DNA of 64,000 bases, from IMG/VR virus record IMGVR_UViG_3300050821_024078; one strand, 5' to 3'. Under the pieces are notes generated by a model, which saw only the letters and a list, made by a program, of their open reading frames with translations, did not search any database and was not told where the DNA came from. Positions within the stretch are counted from its first letter, which is position 1; every line of letters begins with the position of its first letter. This DNA comes from an uncultured virus (IMG/VR IMGVR_UViG_3300050821_024078). Lineage: Duplodnaviria > Heunggongvirae > Uroviricota > Caudoviricetes. Positions 30,374-41,228 of this stretch are shown here, piece by piece. A program made the position numbers and the translations under genes.

Positions 30374-30754
30374 ATGCAAATAAAAACTCCTATAGTAAGT
30401 TCAGAAAATTATTTTGATGACGAGATAAAAGCAATTCTTTCAAGATTTATTTTTAGACCATCTAGTAGTTATTTAGTTAGTGAAATAAAATCTTTTATTG
30501 ATTCTTATTTACAGGCGAGGGTTCATAATATCGGTGCTCAACATTATAAACTTATGTATGAAATATATTGTGATGATTTTACAATTTTTATCACACCAAA
30601 AAATTTGTTTACAATGCTTATGTTTGTTGGTGAGGATCCGAATTTCCCTGCTTGGGCCGAAGAACCAGAATTTTTTAACGGACTTAAATATAAAATCCTT
30701 TATGTAAATAAAGAGCACTTCGAAATATATCCAAGAGGCACAAGATTTTTGTAA
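30374..30754 (+). CDS. hypothetical protein
   Basis: ORF followed by a terminator hairpin at about 30758-30787. Confidence 0.6.
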   Translation: MQIKTPIVSSENYFDDEIKAILSRFIFRPSSSYLVSEIKSFIDSYLQARVHNIGAQHYKLMYEIYCDDFTIFITPKNLFTMLMFVGEDPNFPAWAEEPEFFNGLKYKILYVNKEHFEIYPRGTRFL

Positions 30755-30808
30755 ATAAAAAAGCCTTATAATTTCTAAGGCTTTTTTATTATATGTAAAG
30801 ATTGTATT

Positions 30809-31567
30809 TTATACCATAGTATAATCATACAAAATGACTTTATGTTTTGTATCCGGAAGTTTCTCTGGGTATGCTGTTAAAATCCGTATAGTTAAAAATG
30901 GTAGGCTATTTAATAGTCTCTGCATTTCTTCGATTTGTGTATGATCCGTTAACTGTGTTTCAAAAACGATCTCTTTTAGGCCAGACATAATTAGGATATT
31001 AAGTTCCTTCTTTAAAACATCCATTGGTATCTCCCTGAGTCTGGTTATACTATTGTAATTTATGATGCTTTCTTTTTCCAACAAAATTAAAAGATCTTTC
31101 GATATAGTAGAAGCATTTTCAATAACAAGAACATTTGAATTAATTCCTTTCTTTATGTTTGGATAAGAAGGCTCGAAATAATCATCAGAAACATATTCAA
31201 ATTCTATACCTTCTCTGAATACACCGTATCCGCCAGCTTCATTAACAAGCATAGTTTGTTCTGTATCTTTAATGCTACTCAATGTTTTTGACATACCCAT
31301 TATAATCTTTGTTAAACCCATTTGCGTAGCTGTAATAAGATCATTGTTTTGATGAAACAGTTTAATAGTTCTTTTTTCAGGAGATTCATCTTTTCTCATG
31401 ACATCTTGTGCGTCATAATCTTTATCACGAAGAATATCCTCTAGGGCTCCTTTAAAGCGATTATTTTTAAATTTGGTATACTCCTCCAAATCTTCATGGT
31501 TGTTGATGATTATCCTTTCCTGAATAGAATTTTCAAAACCTAAGAATTTTACTTTTTTCTTTATCAT
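30809..31567 (-). CDS. hypothetical protein
   Basis: ORF, 252 aa. Confidence 0.7.
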   Translation of the reverse strand: MIKKKVKFLGFENSIQERIIINNHEDLEEYTKFKNNRFKGALEDILRDKDYDAQDVMRKDESPEKRTIKLFHQNNDLITATQMGLTKIIMGMSKTLSSIKDTEQTMLVNEAGGYGVFREGIEFEYVSDDYFEPSYPNIKKGINSNVLVIENASTISKDLLILLEKESIINYNSITRLREIPMDVLKKELNILIMSGLKEIVFETQLTDHTQIEEMQRLLNSLPFLTIRILTAYPEKLPDTKHKVILYDYTMV

Positions 31568-31608
31568 ATAACCTATAACGATTTTATATCTTAAAAGTTA
31601 CAAATGTT

Positions 31609-31887
31609 TTAATCAAAATCTTCTGCTATACCATTATGATCTTTAGGATAAATGTATTCTTTTGGTACAATAAGAGATACAATCACTTTATCATCACTTA
31701 TATTTGTGATTCTACAGGTAGGATAGGCCCGACTTTGTATCCTGACAATGTCTCCTTTTTTAATCATTGTTCTAAAATCATTGTTCTTCTTTGTATTTAC
31801 ATAAACTTTGTAAACGACATAAAGAACGCCTAGTATTTGTAATATTACCAACGTTGATAATGCATAGGAAATGTATGTATTTTCCAT
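31609..31887 (-). CDS. small membrane protein (YajC-like layout)
   Basis: N-terminal TM segment followed by IKKGDIV. Confidence 0.5.
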   Translation of the reverse strand: MENTYISYALSTLVILQILGVLYVVYKVYVNTKKNNDFRTMIKKGDIVRIQSRAYPTCRITNISDDKVIVSLIVPKEYIYPKDHNGIAEDFD

Positions 31888-31919
31888 TGTTTTAGTATGA
31901 TTTTTTAGGTGGTGAGGAT

Positions 31920-33470
31920 TTAATTCCCCACCACTGATTTAAAAGCATCAAGAATACGTTCCTTCAAATCTTCTTTACTAAGTGTATCAAAAATGTTATG
32001 TAACTCAGGACCATGTTCTTCACCTGTTACTATATATCGCAAAGGTTTTAAAACTTGTCCATTTTTTAGACCTTTTGTTTTTATTAAAGCAAAAAGTTTA
32101 TCCTTAATTTGAAATCCGTTATCTTCGGAATCAATGATATTAGGAAATTCTAATATTACTGCTACAATTTCTTCTGGAACTAAATTAACAGTGTCTTGTA
32201 TCATTACTGGTTTTATGAAGAAGAAATCTATATTTTCCAAAAGCTCTCTTTCGAAAGAAGATCTTTCATAAGCCATTTCAAATACTTTTCTCGCTTTATT
32301 ACTAAGAGCCGGCTCAATATCTCTATCAATCAAAGATTTATTTAAAGTAATAAAGAATCTTTCGTAAAGTTCTTCTTTATCTTGAGCTTTAAAATAAATA
32401 TTCTGGAAATGCTTCAGTTTTACCGGATCGAATAAACAGCCTGATTTGTTTACTTTCTCTAGGCTGAATTTTTCAATAATTTCTTCTCTACACATAATCT
32501 CTTTGGTGTCTCCAGGACTCCATCCCATTAAGGCCAAGAAGTTGAACAAAGTATCTGGATTATAACCAACATCTTTAAACCCGGTTACAGATTCTTCAAT
32601 GCCAGTATCTGGATTTGTATAAGTATAGCTTAGAGGGAATATGGGAAACCCTAATGTATTACCGTCCCTTTTACTTAGTTTACCATTAGGACCCATTAGA
32701 AGAGGTAAATGAGCAAATTCTGGCATACTATCTGACCATCCGAGATATTTGTAGAGTAATATATGAAAAGGTGCTGATGGTGCCCACTCTTGGCCCCTTA
32801 TAACATGAGTTATCCCCATCAAATGATCATCAACGACATTTGCTAAGTGATAGGCTGGCATACCATCGGATTTCATCAATACTTTATCATCGATATCTTT
32901 GGATTCAACCATAATCCAACCTAGAATAAGATCATGAAAGCGAATTTCTTCTTTTTCCGGAACTTTGAGTCTTATAACATAAGGATCCTTCGCTTCTAGT
33001 TTTCTTGTAACTTCACTGGCTGGTAATGTGAGAGAATTCATCATTACCTTCCTTGTGTTACAGTTATATCCTTCTTTTGATTTCATGAGTTCTTGTCTCT
33101 TTCTCATCAAATTAAGATCGCTTTCTGTATCAAAAGCATAATATGCATAACCAGCATCAAGAAGTTGTTGTACATACTCTTTGTAAATACCAAGTTCCTT
33201 TCTTGCTGACTGTCTGTATGGTCCACAATTACCAGGATTAAGTGGATGTTCATCAGGTTCTATACCCAACCAGTATAAAGATCTCATAATATAATCTTCT
33301 GCACCTGGAACGAAACGTTTCTGATCGGTATCTTCTATTCTAAGAATGAATTTACCACCATGTTTTTTAGCGAACAAATAATTGAATAAGGCTGTCCTGA
33401 GACCTCCGCAATGTTGAGATCCAGTTGGGCTGGGTGCGTATCTTACACGAATAATCTTTGTGTCTTTCAT
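31920..33470 (-). CDS. gltX: glutamyl-tRNA synthetase
   Basis: RYAPSPTG, LRIEDTDQ, GPYRQS, YHLANVVDDHLMGITHVIRGQEW, KLSKR. Confidence 0.95.
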   Translation of the reverse strand: MKDTKIIRVRYAPSPTGSQHCGGLRTALFNYLFAKKHGGKFILRIEDTDQKRFVPGAEDYIMRSLYWLGIEPDEHPLNPGNCGPYRQSARKELGIYKEYVQQLLDAGYAYYAFDTESDLNLMRKRQELMKSKEGYNCNTRKVMMNSLTLPASEVTRKLEAKDPYVIRLKVPEKEEIRFHDLILGWIMVESKDIDDKVLMKSDGMPAYHLANVVDDHLMGITHVIRGQEWAPSAPFHILLYKYLGWSDSMPEFAHLPLLMGPNGKLSKRDGNTLGFPIFPLSYTYTNPDTGIEESVTGFKDVGYNPDTLFNFLALMGWSPGDTKEIMCREEIIEKFSLEKVNKSGCLFDPVKLKHFQNIYFKAQDKEELYERFFITLNKSLIDRDIEPALSNKARKVFEMAYERSSFERELLENIDFFFIKPVMIQDTVNLVPEEIVAVILEFPNIIDSEDNGFQIKDKLFALIKTKGLKNGQVLKPLRYIVTGEEHGPELHNIFDTLSKEDLKERILDAFKSVVGN

Positions 33471-33472
33471 AT

Positions 33473-33916
33473 TTATTTTATCTTTAATTCTTGCTTAATC
33501 CAAGGAATACTGACTTTATTTTCAATGATTAATTTTATAAGTTCTTCCTTAGTTATTGTATTTTTGTCTTTTTTGTTTGGATCTCCAAATTTTTTATCAT
33601 CTGGGCAATCTTGAAGTAAATTTAAAAAAGTAATGCGAATACTATTATTAATTATTGTGTTTTGTGATAATATAATGGATCTTTTAGATAATTCAGTAAA
33701 ATAGTCCAGTATATCAAAGCCTGTTTTAGTGTCATAATATTTCAGAAAACTTAAAGTTCTGTCAACAGAAATTTGTAAAATATTAAATTCTCTGACTATA
33801 TGGTATTTTGTAATGATATCATCTGATATTCCTATTATAATAGCTTCAAATTTCTTTGTGGGTTTTCCTCTAATAAAACTTTTATTCCATTCTTTATGTA
33901 AAGTAGTTCTATCCAT
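33473..33916 (-). CDS. hypothetical protein
   Basis: ORF. Confidence 0.6.
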   Translation of the reverse strand: MDRTTLHKEWNKSFIRGKPTKKFEAIIIGISDDIITKYHIVREFNILQISVDRTLSFLKYYDTKTGFDILDYFTELSKRSIILSQNTIINNSIRITFLNLLQDCPDDKKFGDPNKKDKNTITKEELIKLIIENKVSIPWIKQELKIK

Positions 33917-33917
33917 A

Positions 33918-34463
33918 TTATAAAGTTTTTGAAACTATATCTGATATTTCTGAGATGAATTTATCTGAATCAAATTTACCTTGTCTTATTGATTTTAATA
34001 CTTCAGCTCTTTTGGTTTTATTGATTCTTTTAGAATCCATACTTAAAATTATTTGATACGCTGTAGCATTTTTAGCTGTATTACTTCTAAGATCAAGTGA
34101 TTTTTGAATTCCCTGATCTATCATTAAACGAAAATAACCTAATGAACTTTTGCATTTTGTTGGATTACAGTTTGTCCAAATAGTTTCAATGTATTCTAAA
34201 GTTTCTTCAGCGACAGCTTTTGTGTCAAAATTTGCTCTGTTACCAGAATTATATTTTTTTACTTCTAAATGATATGAAATAACTTTTTTGAGTGCTCTAA
34301 GAAAGCCAGGTGTTATTACTTTTGCTTTACAGGATTTAAGATGTTCTTCAGTAAAATGTTTGGTTTTAACATTTAAAATTGGTATTTCACCAAACCCATA
34401 TTTACTAATATGGGAAGTTGATGTATTCCGTAATGTTACATTAATTGTTGTGTTATTTTCCAT
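33918..34463 (-). CDS. hypothetical protein
   Basis: ORF. Confidence 0.6.
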   Translation of the reverse strand: MENNTTINVTLRNTSTSHISKYGFGEIPILNVKTKHFTEEHLKSCKAKVITPGFLRALKKVISYHLEVKKYNSGNRANFDTKAVAEETLEYIETIWTNCNPTKCKSSLGYFRLMIDQGIQKSLDLRSNTAKNATAYQIILSMDSKRINKTKRAEVLKSIRQGKFDSDKFISEISDIVSKTL

Positions 34464-34464
34464 A

Positions 34465-35751
34465 CTATTCGTTTATTTCGTTCAACAAATTTGCGTCTAT
34501 TGTTTTTGATGCTTTAGCACCTAATTTTTTCATTCTTTCGAAACGGCTGATTATGTTTCCAGTACCATCAGTTAATTTATTCATAGCAGCATCATAGGAT
34601 TTCCTAGTTTTATCCATAGTATCACCTATAGATGTCATATCTTCTATAAAACCAACAAATTTATCATAAAGTTTACCAGATTCAGAAGCAATTTCAAGAA
34701 CATGCTTCTGTTGACTTTCTTGTTTCCATATACTAGCAACAGTTCTTAGTGTGGCTAGCAATGTTGAAGAAGTAACAAGTACTATATTCCTTTCCAATGC
34801 AAAATGGAATAATGCTGGATCTTGCATAGCTAAAGTAAAGGCTGGCTCCAGTGGAACAAACATTAAAACATAATCAGGTGTATTAATACCTAAGAGTTGT
34901 TCATATTTCTTCTCACTCAATATTTTGATGTGACTTTTGATTGCTGACACATGTTCTTGATATTTTTCTTTTTGTATAATAGTATCTTCGCTAGAACAGT
35001 ATTCACTATAAGCATTTAATGATACTTTTGAATCTATTACTAAATTTTTATTATCTGGTAGATAAATTACTACATCAGGTCTTCTTACATCACCATTATC
35101 ATGACTTAATGTTACTTGTGTTTTATATTGAACTTCTTTCTCTAGGCCGGATTTTTCAAGTAATGTCTCCAGAAGTATTTCACCCCAATTACCTTGTATT
35201 TTCTTATCACCTTTCAAGGCGTTTGTAAGATTAACAGCATCTTGTCCGATCTGTTTACTCATATCAGCAAGAGTCGTTATTTGCTCTTTTAAAGAAGTGT
35301 TGTCTTTTAGTTGTTTCTCGTAGGTTTCCTGAACCTTATTTTCAAAACTACTCATTTTTTCTTTGAGTGGGCTTAAAACATTTTGTAATGTCTCAGCACT
35401 CATTTCTCTAAATTGAGCTGAATTGTCTTTTACAATTCTGTTTGATAGGTTCTCAAACTGTTCTAAGTGTTTTTTATGTATATTCTCAGATTCTAATACT
35501 TGAGTTTCTAATTTCTCTTTTAGATTTTTATTTTCTGTTTGACTCTCGATGAGTTCTTCTTTATAGTTTTGTTTATCGCCGTTCTCTTTTGCTAGACTGG
35601 TTTTCAATTCATTTAATCTTTCATTAGTAAGTAGCTTTTCTGATTCCAGAACAGCATTCTGTGTACTGATATCTTTTGATTTCTGTAAAGCCAAAAAATA
35701 ACCGAGGCCACCGGCCAAAATAATAGCAATTATACCAAATAAAATTTCCAT
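34465..35751 (-). CDS. rmuC: DNA recombination protein RmuC
   Basis: TM plus coiled coil; QGNWGE, RPDV, IDSKVSL, DYVLMFVP, TLLATLRT. Confidence 0.92.
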   Translation of the reverse strand: MEILFGIIAIILAGGLGYFLALQKSKDISTQNAVLESEKLLTNERLNELKTSLAKENGDKQNYKEELIESQTENKNLKEKLETQVLESENIHKKHLEQFENLSNRIVKDNSAQFREMSAETLQNVLSPLKEKMSSFENKVQETYEKQLKDNTSLKEQITTLADMSKQIGQDAVNLTNALKGDKKIQGNWGEILLETLLEKSGLEKEVQYKTQVTLSHDNGDVRRPDVVIYLPDNKNLVIDSKVSLNAYSEYCSSEDTIIQKEKYQEHVSAIKSHIKILSEKKYEQLLGINTPDYVLMFVPLEPAFTLAMQDPALFHFALERNIVLVTSSTLLATLRTVASIWKQESQQKHVLEIASESGKLYDKFVGFIEDMTSIGDTMDKTRKSYDAAMNKLTDGTGNIISRFERMKKLGAKASKTIDANLLNEINE

Positions 35752-35861
35752 ATATTAGTTTTAAAGATTTATATGCAAAAATAGTTAAAATTTTTAGAAA
35801 TGACACTTTTTATTGTAGAAAATTTTCTGTTGATATATAAATCAAATAATAGAAATATAAA

Positions 35862-36116
35862 ATGTCTGTAAATATAACTGTTACTCTTGATTCGACAAGA
35901 GTGTTACCTAAGGTTGATGAAGCTGGGGCTGATACTTCCGGTAATAATATAACATATTTAGGATATGCTCCTACAGGTACACAGGATACTGATGGTAATT
36001 GGAAAATTATTAAAATGGTGAAAACTGGAACTGTAACAACATTTCAATATATTAATGGTGATGAATCTATATTAGGTGTATGGGCTAATAGAACTACTTT
36101 GACCTTTAGTAGATAA
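35862..36116 (+). CDS. hypothetical Thr/Gly-rich protein, possibly virion-associated
   Basis: follows a GATATATAA motif; YLGYAPTG...WKI...WANR. Confidence 0.55.
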   Translation: MSVNITVTLDSTRVLPKVDEAGADTSGNNITYLGYAPTGTQDTDGNWKIIKMVKTGTVTTFQYINGDESILGVWANRTTLTFSR

Positions 36117-36120
36117 ATAA

Positions 36121-36429
36121 CTATTTATCATTTTTTACACAGAATTCTTCATAAAGTTTTTGTAGTACATGCCCATGACATTTCTTAGGTGAACAGAAAC
36201 AGGCTAAAGCTTTACCGGCTAGTTCCGGTAAAGCTTCAATCAAATCTTCACGACACCTGATATATTCTTCATACTGAAGAATTACTCTATCACGATCAGC
36301 TTCATTAGCCTTAACAAATGGATTATGCCATTTAGATTCCTCTAGGTTTAACCATTTATTAGCCCGGCCAATGTAAATGTCATAGTCTGGTGTCGGTTTA
36401 TCTTTAAGATTTACTACTGTTATACTCAT
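36121..36429 (-). CDS. DUF4326-family protein
   Basis: YDIYIGR...SKWHNPF...LAGKALACFCSPKKCHGHVL. Confidence 0.85.
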   Translation of the reverse strand: MSITVVNLKDKPTPDYDIYIGRANKWLNLEESKWHNPFVKANEADRDRVILQYEEYIRCREDLIEALPELAGKALACFCSPKKCHGHVLQKLYEEFCVKNDK

Positions 36430-36830
36430 TACAATTTAATTCTTTTGATAGCTCTTTCAAACATTATTTCTCGGGCTTTGTGTTTATTTTCAAAAAACTC
36501 TGAAAACATATCATCTTCCCTGTCTGGATGTTTCATATCCGCTAATGCCCATTGTTGCTTATTATATGAAAAATATAGATTTTCATCAATAATTGTATGG
36601 TGTATATGTAAACAAAAATCCGCTGCTTGCTCCCACGTAGGTAGCAAAATATAACTCTTCTTATCTAATGTTTCTTTTTTAACACCATTAGTTATATGAA
36701 TACCTTCTGATGTATAATAAGCAAAACATAATTCATTAAAACCTATACTTTTTAACTTTTTAGCTATACTTAAAGATACAAATGTATTGTAAATATCAGT
36801 AAATTTATTATCTGTTGGTAATTTTTCCAT
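36429..36830 (-). CDS. hypothetical phage protein
   Basis: FVSLSIAKKLKSIGFNELC. Confidence 0.6.
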   Translation of the reverse strand: MEKLPTDNKFTDIYNTFVSLSIAKKLKSIGFNELCFAYYTSEGIHITNGVKKETLDKKSYILLPTWEQAADFCLHIHHTIIDENLYFSYNKQQWALADMKHPDREDDMFSEFFENKHKAREIMFERAIKRIKL

Positions 36831-36835
36831 AAAGT

Positions 36836-37489
36836 TTAATCGTTATCACCGAGTATATTTACAAGACTACTGAATAGGTTTATAATATCCAGATAAAGAT
36901 TTACAGAAACATCTATAGTATTCTGAAACGAATGTTCTATTGAACTGGCTCTCCACATATCGTATCCAATATACAAACTAAATATCCCCGCTGCTAAATA
37001 GTCCCAAATTCCCATATGACCAAAGGCTGGCCAGAATATACCTACAATTCTTATCACAAGAAGGGAACAAAGAGCGATAAACAAAACAGGACCTATACGA
37101 CTAAAGAAGTCTGGAAATATTACGCCGGCTGTACCCATAATTAATGTTACTGCTAATGTTAGAAGAACAGCGTTTTGTATAACTGTACCAGATACTCCTT
37201 TTAGTGATGTACCCATTACAAACGACATTGCTCCTACAATAAGAGCATATCCGAGTAAACTCAATATCGGTTTTTCAGCTCTACAGAGAATAATACCACC
37301 TATTGCTACAATCAAAGATAATATGATACCAAGCCAGCCCATCGTAAATCCGATACTTATAAGATATCCTGTAATGATAAAATTTGCTAATAATCCAGAA
37401 CTAATGAATATAGCGACTAAGCCATAAAATGTTCTTGATGAAATTGAGCTTGAACCGGTTCTGTTAAATACATCTAATGAAATTGCCAT
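36836..37489 (-). CDS. Bax inhibitor-1/YccA family membrane protein
   Basis: 7 TM segments; FSLYIGYD, LYLDIINLF. Confidence 0.85.
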   Translation of the reverse strand: MAISLDVFNRTGSSSISSRTFYGLVAIFISSGLLANFIITGYLISIGFTMGWLGIILSLIVAIGGIILCRAEKPILSLLGYALIVGAMSFVMGTSLKGVSGTVIQNAVLLTLAVTLIMGTAGVIFPDFFSRIGPVLFIALCSLLVIRIVGIFWPAFGHMGIWDYLAAGIFSLYIGYDMWRASSIEHSFQNTIDVSVNLYLDIINLFSSLVNILGDND

Positions 37490-37530
37490 TTTGTTTTTTA
37501 GTTTAAGTTAGAATTTATTTGTGAATTGTA

Positions 37531-38247
37531 TTATTTACCTTCTGCTTGTGCAGCAATTACTACTTTATTAATATTTATTTTTCTTACAGATTTATTTATG
37601 TGGTATTTTCGTATCATTGCTGCCCACGTTTCCATATATTTTGATACATCTTCCTTATTGGTATAATCATGCTCTTCTTTAAAGTTACATTTAGAAATTA
37701 TTTCTTTATTAGATAGATATTCTATATGATAGATATCTTCTCTCCTCATACCAATTTTAAATAATGCTTCATGTATATCTGTTATATTTAATCCTGTTGC
37801 CGGACACTGTGTATCAGTAAATGTAGTCCATGATTCCTGATCTTTGTTCGTATATTTATGTAAATGCTGTTTTAATTGTTCTTGTTTAAGACTGGTTGAA
37901 AATTGTGCTAAAACTCCAACATTACATTTTGACATATCTTGCCAATTATATGAATCATAATGCTTAATATACTTAGCAGCTGTTTCTAAATATTTCGCTA
38001 ATTTTAAAGGCCGATTCGATATGTTATCATAGATTAGTTTTTTCTCTATCTCTAATGATAAACTATCAATATTAACTGGTTTTAAATCAAGATTTTTAAT
38101 AGATACATTTTTTGTTTGTTCTGTCTTAACTTCAGCTTTTATTATAAGCGTAGTATCTTTATTTTCTGAAATTTGTTCTTTTTTCTCTGTCTGTTCTTGA
38201 CAAGAAAATAAAAGAGCTAAAATTGGGATAATTAATATTTTTTTCAT
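37531..38247 (-). CDS. lipoprotein
   Basis: MKKILIIPILALLFSC signal. Confidence 0.7.
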   Translation of the reverse strand: MKKILIIPILALLFSCQEQTEKKEQISENKDTTLIIKAEVKTEQTKNVSIKNLDLKPVNIDSLSLEIEKKLIYDNISNRPLKLAKYLETAAKYIKHYDSYNWQDMSKCNVGVLAQFSTSLKQEQLKQHLHKYTNKDQESWTTFTDTQCPATGLNITDIHEALFKIGMRREDIYHIEYLSNKEIISKCNFKEEHDYTNKEDVSKYMETWAAMIRKYHINKSVRKININKVVIAAQAEGK

Positions 38248-38254
38248 TTTAGTT

Positions 38255-38464
38255 TTATTCTGAATGTGATATTTTCTTTTTTCTATAGTCTATGCTTTTC
38301 CAACATTTAGTACATCGATATTCTTCCATAAATATTGGTGTTAAACCACATTCCGAAAGCAATGTTGGATTATCTAACCAAGTACTATGTGGACAATATG
38401 TCAACACTTCTTCTTCTTCTTCTTTTGTTGATAAAAATAAGAAAGGAAAGATTTTTCTAAGCAT
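38255..38464 (-). CDS. hypothetical protein
   Basis: ORF with CPH and CTKC. Confidence 0.5.
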   Translation of the reverse strand: MLRKIFPFLFLSTKEEEEEVLTYCPHSTWLDNPTLLSECGLTPIFMEEYRCTKCWKSIDYRKKKISHSE

Positions 38465-38735
38465 AATTATGCTGGATTAAAGTAGATGGTTAAATTAACC
38501 AATTGTCCATCTTCTTGTTTCTCCCAGCCGATGGCTTCTACTGAACAAAGATTAATTCCCATTTGATTTGGTATAACTTCTAATGGTAAAGGACATTCCT
38601 CACCAGTTTTAATTAATTCATCTACTGTTTTATAAAATGTTTTCATACTAATGTTTTTTAAGTTTAATAAAGATCAATTATTATCTCTACGATCTCTTGT
38701 TTTATAAGAAATTCATAAAAAGGTTTTCCTTTTTC

Positions 38736-38972
38736 TTAATATTCGGGACCTTGTTCTTTCCAGAAACTGTTAAGAGTTTCTAAGAAGATTGTAGCATGTT
38801 GATGTCCTCTTGATATTAAAGCACAATGATTTAATCTTTTAGTTAATTCGCTTTCTGGTTTATCGTAACAACCAATAAAAGCTTTAAATAGGCCTCTATC
38901 AGTAGTTAAAGAGCCTGTTCTAATCTCTTTATGAAAGCCGTCTTTATATTTGTATTCTATTTCAGTATCCAT
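38736..38972 (-). CDS. hypothetical protein
   Basis: ORF. Confidence 0.55.
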   Translation of the reverse strand: MDTEIEYKYKDGFHKEIRTGSLTTDRGLFKAFIGCYDKPESELTKRLNHCALISRGHQHATIFLETLNSFWKEQGPEY

Positions 38973-38974
38973 TT

Positions 38975-39361
38975 TTATAAATTGATAAAATTTTTGTCAA
39001 CGGTTTGTTTTTCGATACAATGAAATATGAATCTGTTGTTGAATTTACCAATACCTTCTTCTACAGCTTTGTTAAACCAAAGAAACTCCTCTAGTATAGT
39101 AATGTTGGAAGGCATTATTACACCTTTCTTTTTTACAACAGGAACAAATTCTACGATATCTTCAGCAAGAATATTACCTAAGCCAGCGGAAGACATTACT
39201 AAGCAATCACCAGCATCATTTCTATCCATAACATCCAATAACTTTCCTTCGTAAAGTTCAATACCACCCATATACCCTTGATTACGGTTTATAATTGGTT
39301 TTCTTATCATGGCAATACCGAGGGCCTCACCAACAGATTTTCTTTGGATTGTTTCGTTCAT
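38975..39361 (-). CDS. hypothetical protein
   Basis: ORF. Confidence 0.6.
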   Translation of the reverse strand: MNETIQRKSVGEALGIAMIRKPIINRNQGYMGGIELYEGKLLDVMDRNDAGDCLVMSSAGLGNILAEDIVEFVPVVKKKGVIMPSNITILEEFLWFNKAVEEGIGKFNNRFIFHCIEKQTVDKNFINL

Positions 39362-39363
39362 AT

Positions 39364-39981
39364 TTAAAATAATTCTTCTTGTACGAGTCTAAATGTTAAT
39401 GATATTCTTGGTTCTTTTATCTCCTTTTCCTTCAGTATTGCGTGGAGCCAATTCTCCTGACAGTTCTCTTTCATTATTAGAACATCACCATTCTCCATGA
39501 ATATTTTTACATCGGTTCCATCAGCCTTGTTTTTTAAATGAAAAGTTCTACCGGCACCAAGATTTAAACAAAGTATAACAGGATTACTTCCTAATTGGTC
39601 CTCTTTATCACTGTGCCACCGAATCTCCTCTTTACCGTCTTCATATAGGTTTAATAAAACAGAATTGAATTTATAATTAGAATGCTTTTCAACTATGTTT
39701 TTTATCTTGGTTAATGACTCATTCCATACGTCCCCAGGAAGTTCAAAATTTGCGTATTTGTAAATTACCTGCTTATCATAAATATAAGCCATGCTACGAT
39801 TGAGTCTTTTTATTTCTCCTGAGGTTGTTTTAAGATCTTTATGCCAGTTAGTTCTTACTAACAACTCATTAAACCAGTCTTTAGCGATGAGGTCACTTAT
39901 AGCATTCTTTACAAAGATAAAATCATTACCTACAAAGTGCGTACCTATATCATTCCAGTTTGTTATGTTATTATATTTCAT
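39364..39981 (-). CDS. AlkB-like 2OG-Fe(II) dioxygenase
   Basis: FNSVLLNLYEDG, WHSD, WLHAI, RISLTFR. Confidence 0.9.
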   Translation of the reverse strand: MKYNNITNWNDIGTHFVGNDFIFVKNAISDLIAKDWFNELLVRTNWHKDLKTTSGEIKRLNRSMAYIYDKQVIYKYANFELPGDVWNESLTKIKNIVEKHSNYKFNSVLLNLYEDGKEEIRWHSDKEDQLGSNPVILCLNLGAGRTFHLKNKADGTDVKIFMENGDVLIMKENCQENWLHAILKEKEIKEPRISLTFRLVQEELF

Positions 39982-39985
39982 ATCT

Positions 39986-40369
39986 TTAATCGGCTCTTCT
40001 AATAGTCCTTTTAAATTCTTCTATTGTATATGTACCTTTACCCATCCAATCCTGATCATAATGAACAAAAATTGTATCATTTTCAATTTTTTCTATTGTT
40101 GCTCTTTTTATTTGATCATCACGATCTCGAATAAGGAAGTTTTCACCTTTTTTTATTTCTTTCTTTAATCGACCGTTATAAATTGTCTCTGGTTCGATAT
40201 TTAGTAATTCGTTAGCTTTTATGCAGGCATCATTAAGACATGAGTAATAATCACCTTTTGGAACTTTTGTAATTAATTTTATAATTAACTCATTAGTATC
40301 ACCAATCGCATATTTTGCTTCAATAAAATCATTGAACTCGTAAACTTTGAATTTTATCCAGGTAGTCAT
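39986..40369 (-). CDS. hypothetical protein
   Basis: ORF. Confidence 0.6.
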   Translation of the reverse strand: MTTWIKFKVYEFNDFIEAKYAIGDTNELIIKLITKVPKGDYYSCLNDACIKANELLNIEPETIYNGRLKKEIKKGENFLIRDRDDQIKRATIEKIENDTIFVHYDQDWMGKGTYTIEEFKRTIRRAD

Positions 40370-40526
40370 ATTAATTACTAAATCTTTTCATGTACCAATA
40401 GTGTCCTATTTCATAATAATGTTCGATATCCTTAGTAAAGAAAAAGACTATAGAATGTCTTATAATTCGGACAATCCTTATGTAGAGATGTCTGGTTTTA
40501 ACTTTAAACGTTCTATCATCTTTCAT

Positions 40527-40745
40527 TTAAGCTACTTTTTTAGAGCAACCTAACATATGACCATCACCTTTAATTTTACCTCTGTTAGGTAGTTCAGCAA
40601 CTTTATGTGCTTTAGCACAATCTTGACAAACAGGACTATTACTTTTTCGATGCCACATATTTGTTTGTTTACCGCAGAAATGACAGTCTTCGTAAAGTCT
40701 CCATGCTTTATACTGACATTCACATTCTTTTACTACAGGTATCAT
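40527..40745 (-). CDS. small zinc-finger protein
   Basis: CHFC...VCQDC. Confidence 0.5.
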   Translation of the reverse strand: MIPVVKECECQYKAWRLYEDCHFCGKQTNMWHRKSNSPVCQDCAKAHKVAELPNRGKIKGDGHMLGCSKKVA

Positions 40746-40824
40746 ATTAAGATAATTTTGATGGACAAAACTAATAAACTTTTTTGAATATAACAACCTT
40801 AACGGTAAATATTATATAAAGGTT

Positions 40825-41166
40825 ATGGATTTCAAGAAAATAGTTATAGCACTTTTAATGTTTTGTTTGGGTCAAGGAATAGCCTGGGTGCAGGTTTATG
40901 GTTATTTGAAGTGGAACTGGTTCAAAAATAATGATATAATGATCTATGTACTTTCCTTACCAATTGCTTATTTTATTGTTACCGGAACTAGGTTATGTAT
41001 AGAAGGTTTAGATGGTAAAACCTGGCCGGTAAGGATTCTTACTTTTACAATAGGTTTCTTAATTTTTGGTTTGATGTCATTCTTGGTTTTAAAACAAGTT
41101 CCTGATACAAAAACATGTATTTCCATAGTACTTTGTTTAGTAATTATTGTAATACAATTTCTATAA
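40825..41166 (+). CDS. small 4-TM membrane protein
   Basis: four hydrophobic segments. Confidence 0.65.
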   Translation: MDFKKIVIALLMFCLGQGIAWVQVYGYLKWNWFKNNDIMIYVLSLPIAYFIVTGTRLCIEGLDGKTWPVRILTFTIGFLIFGLMSFLVLKQVPDTKTCISIVLCLVIIVIQFL

Positions 41167-41228
41167 AAAGTCATATTTTAATAATCAATATATAGTGTTT
41201 ATTTTCAAAAATTAGGAACTATATTAAG

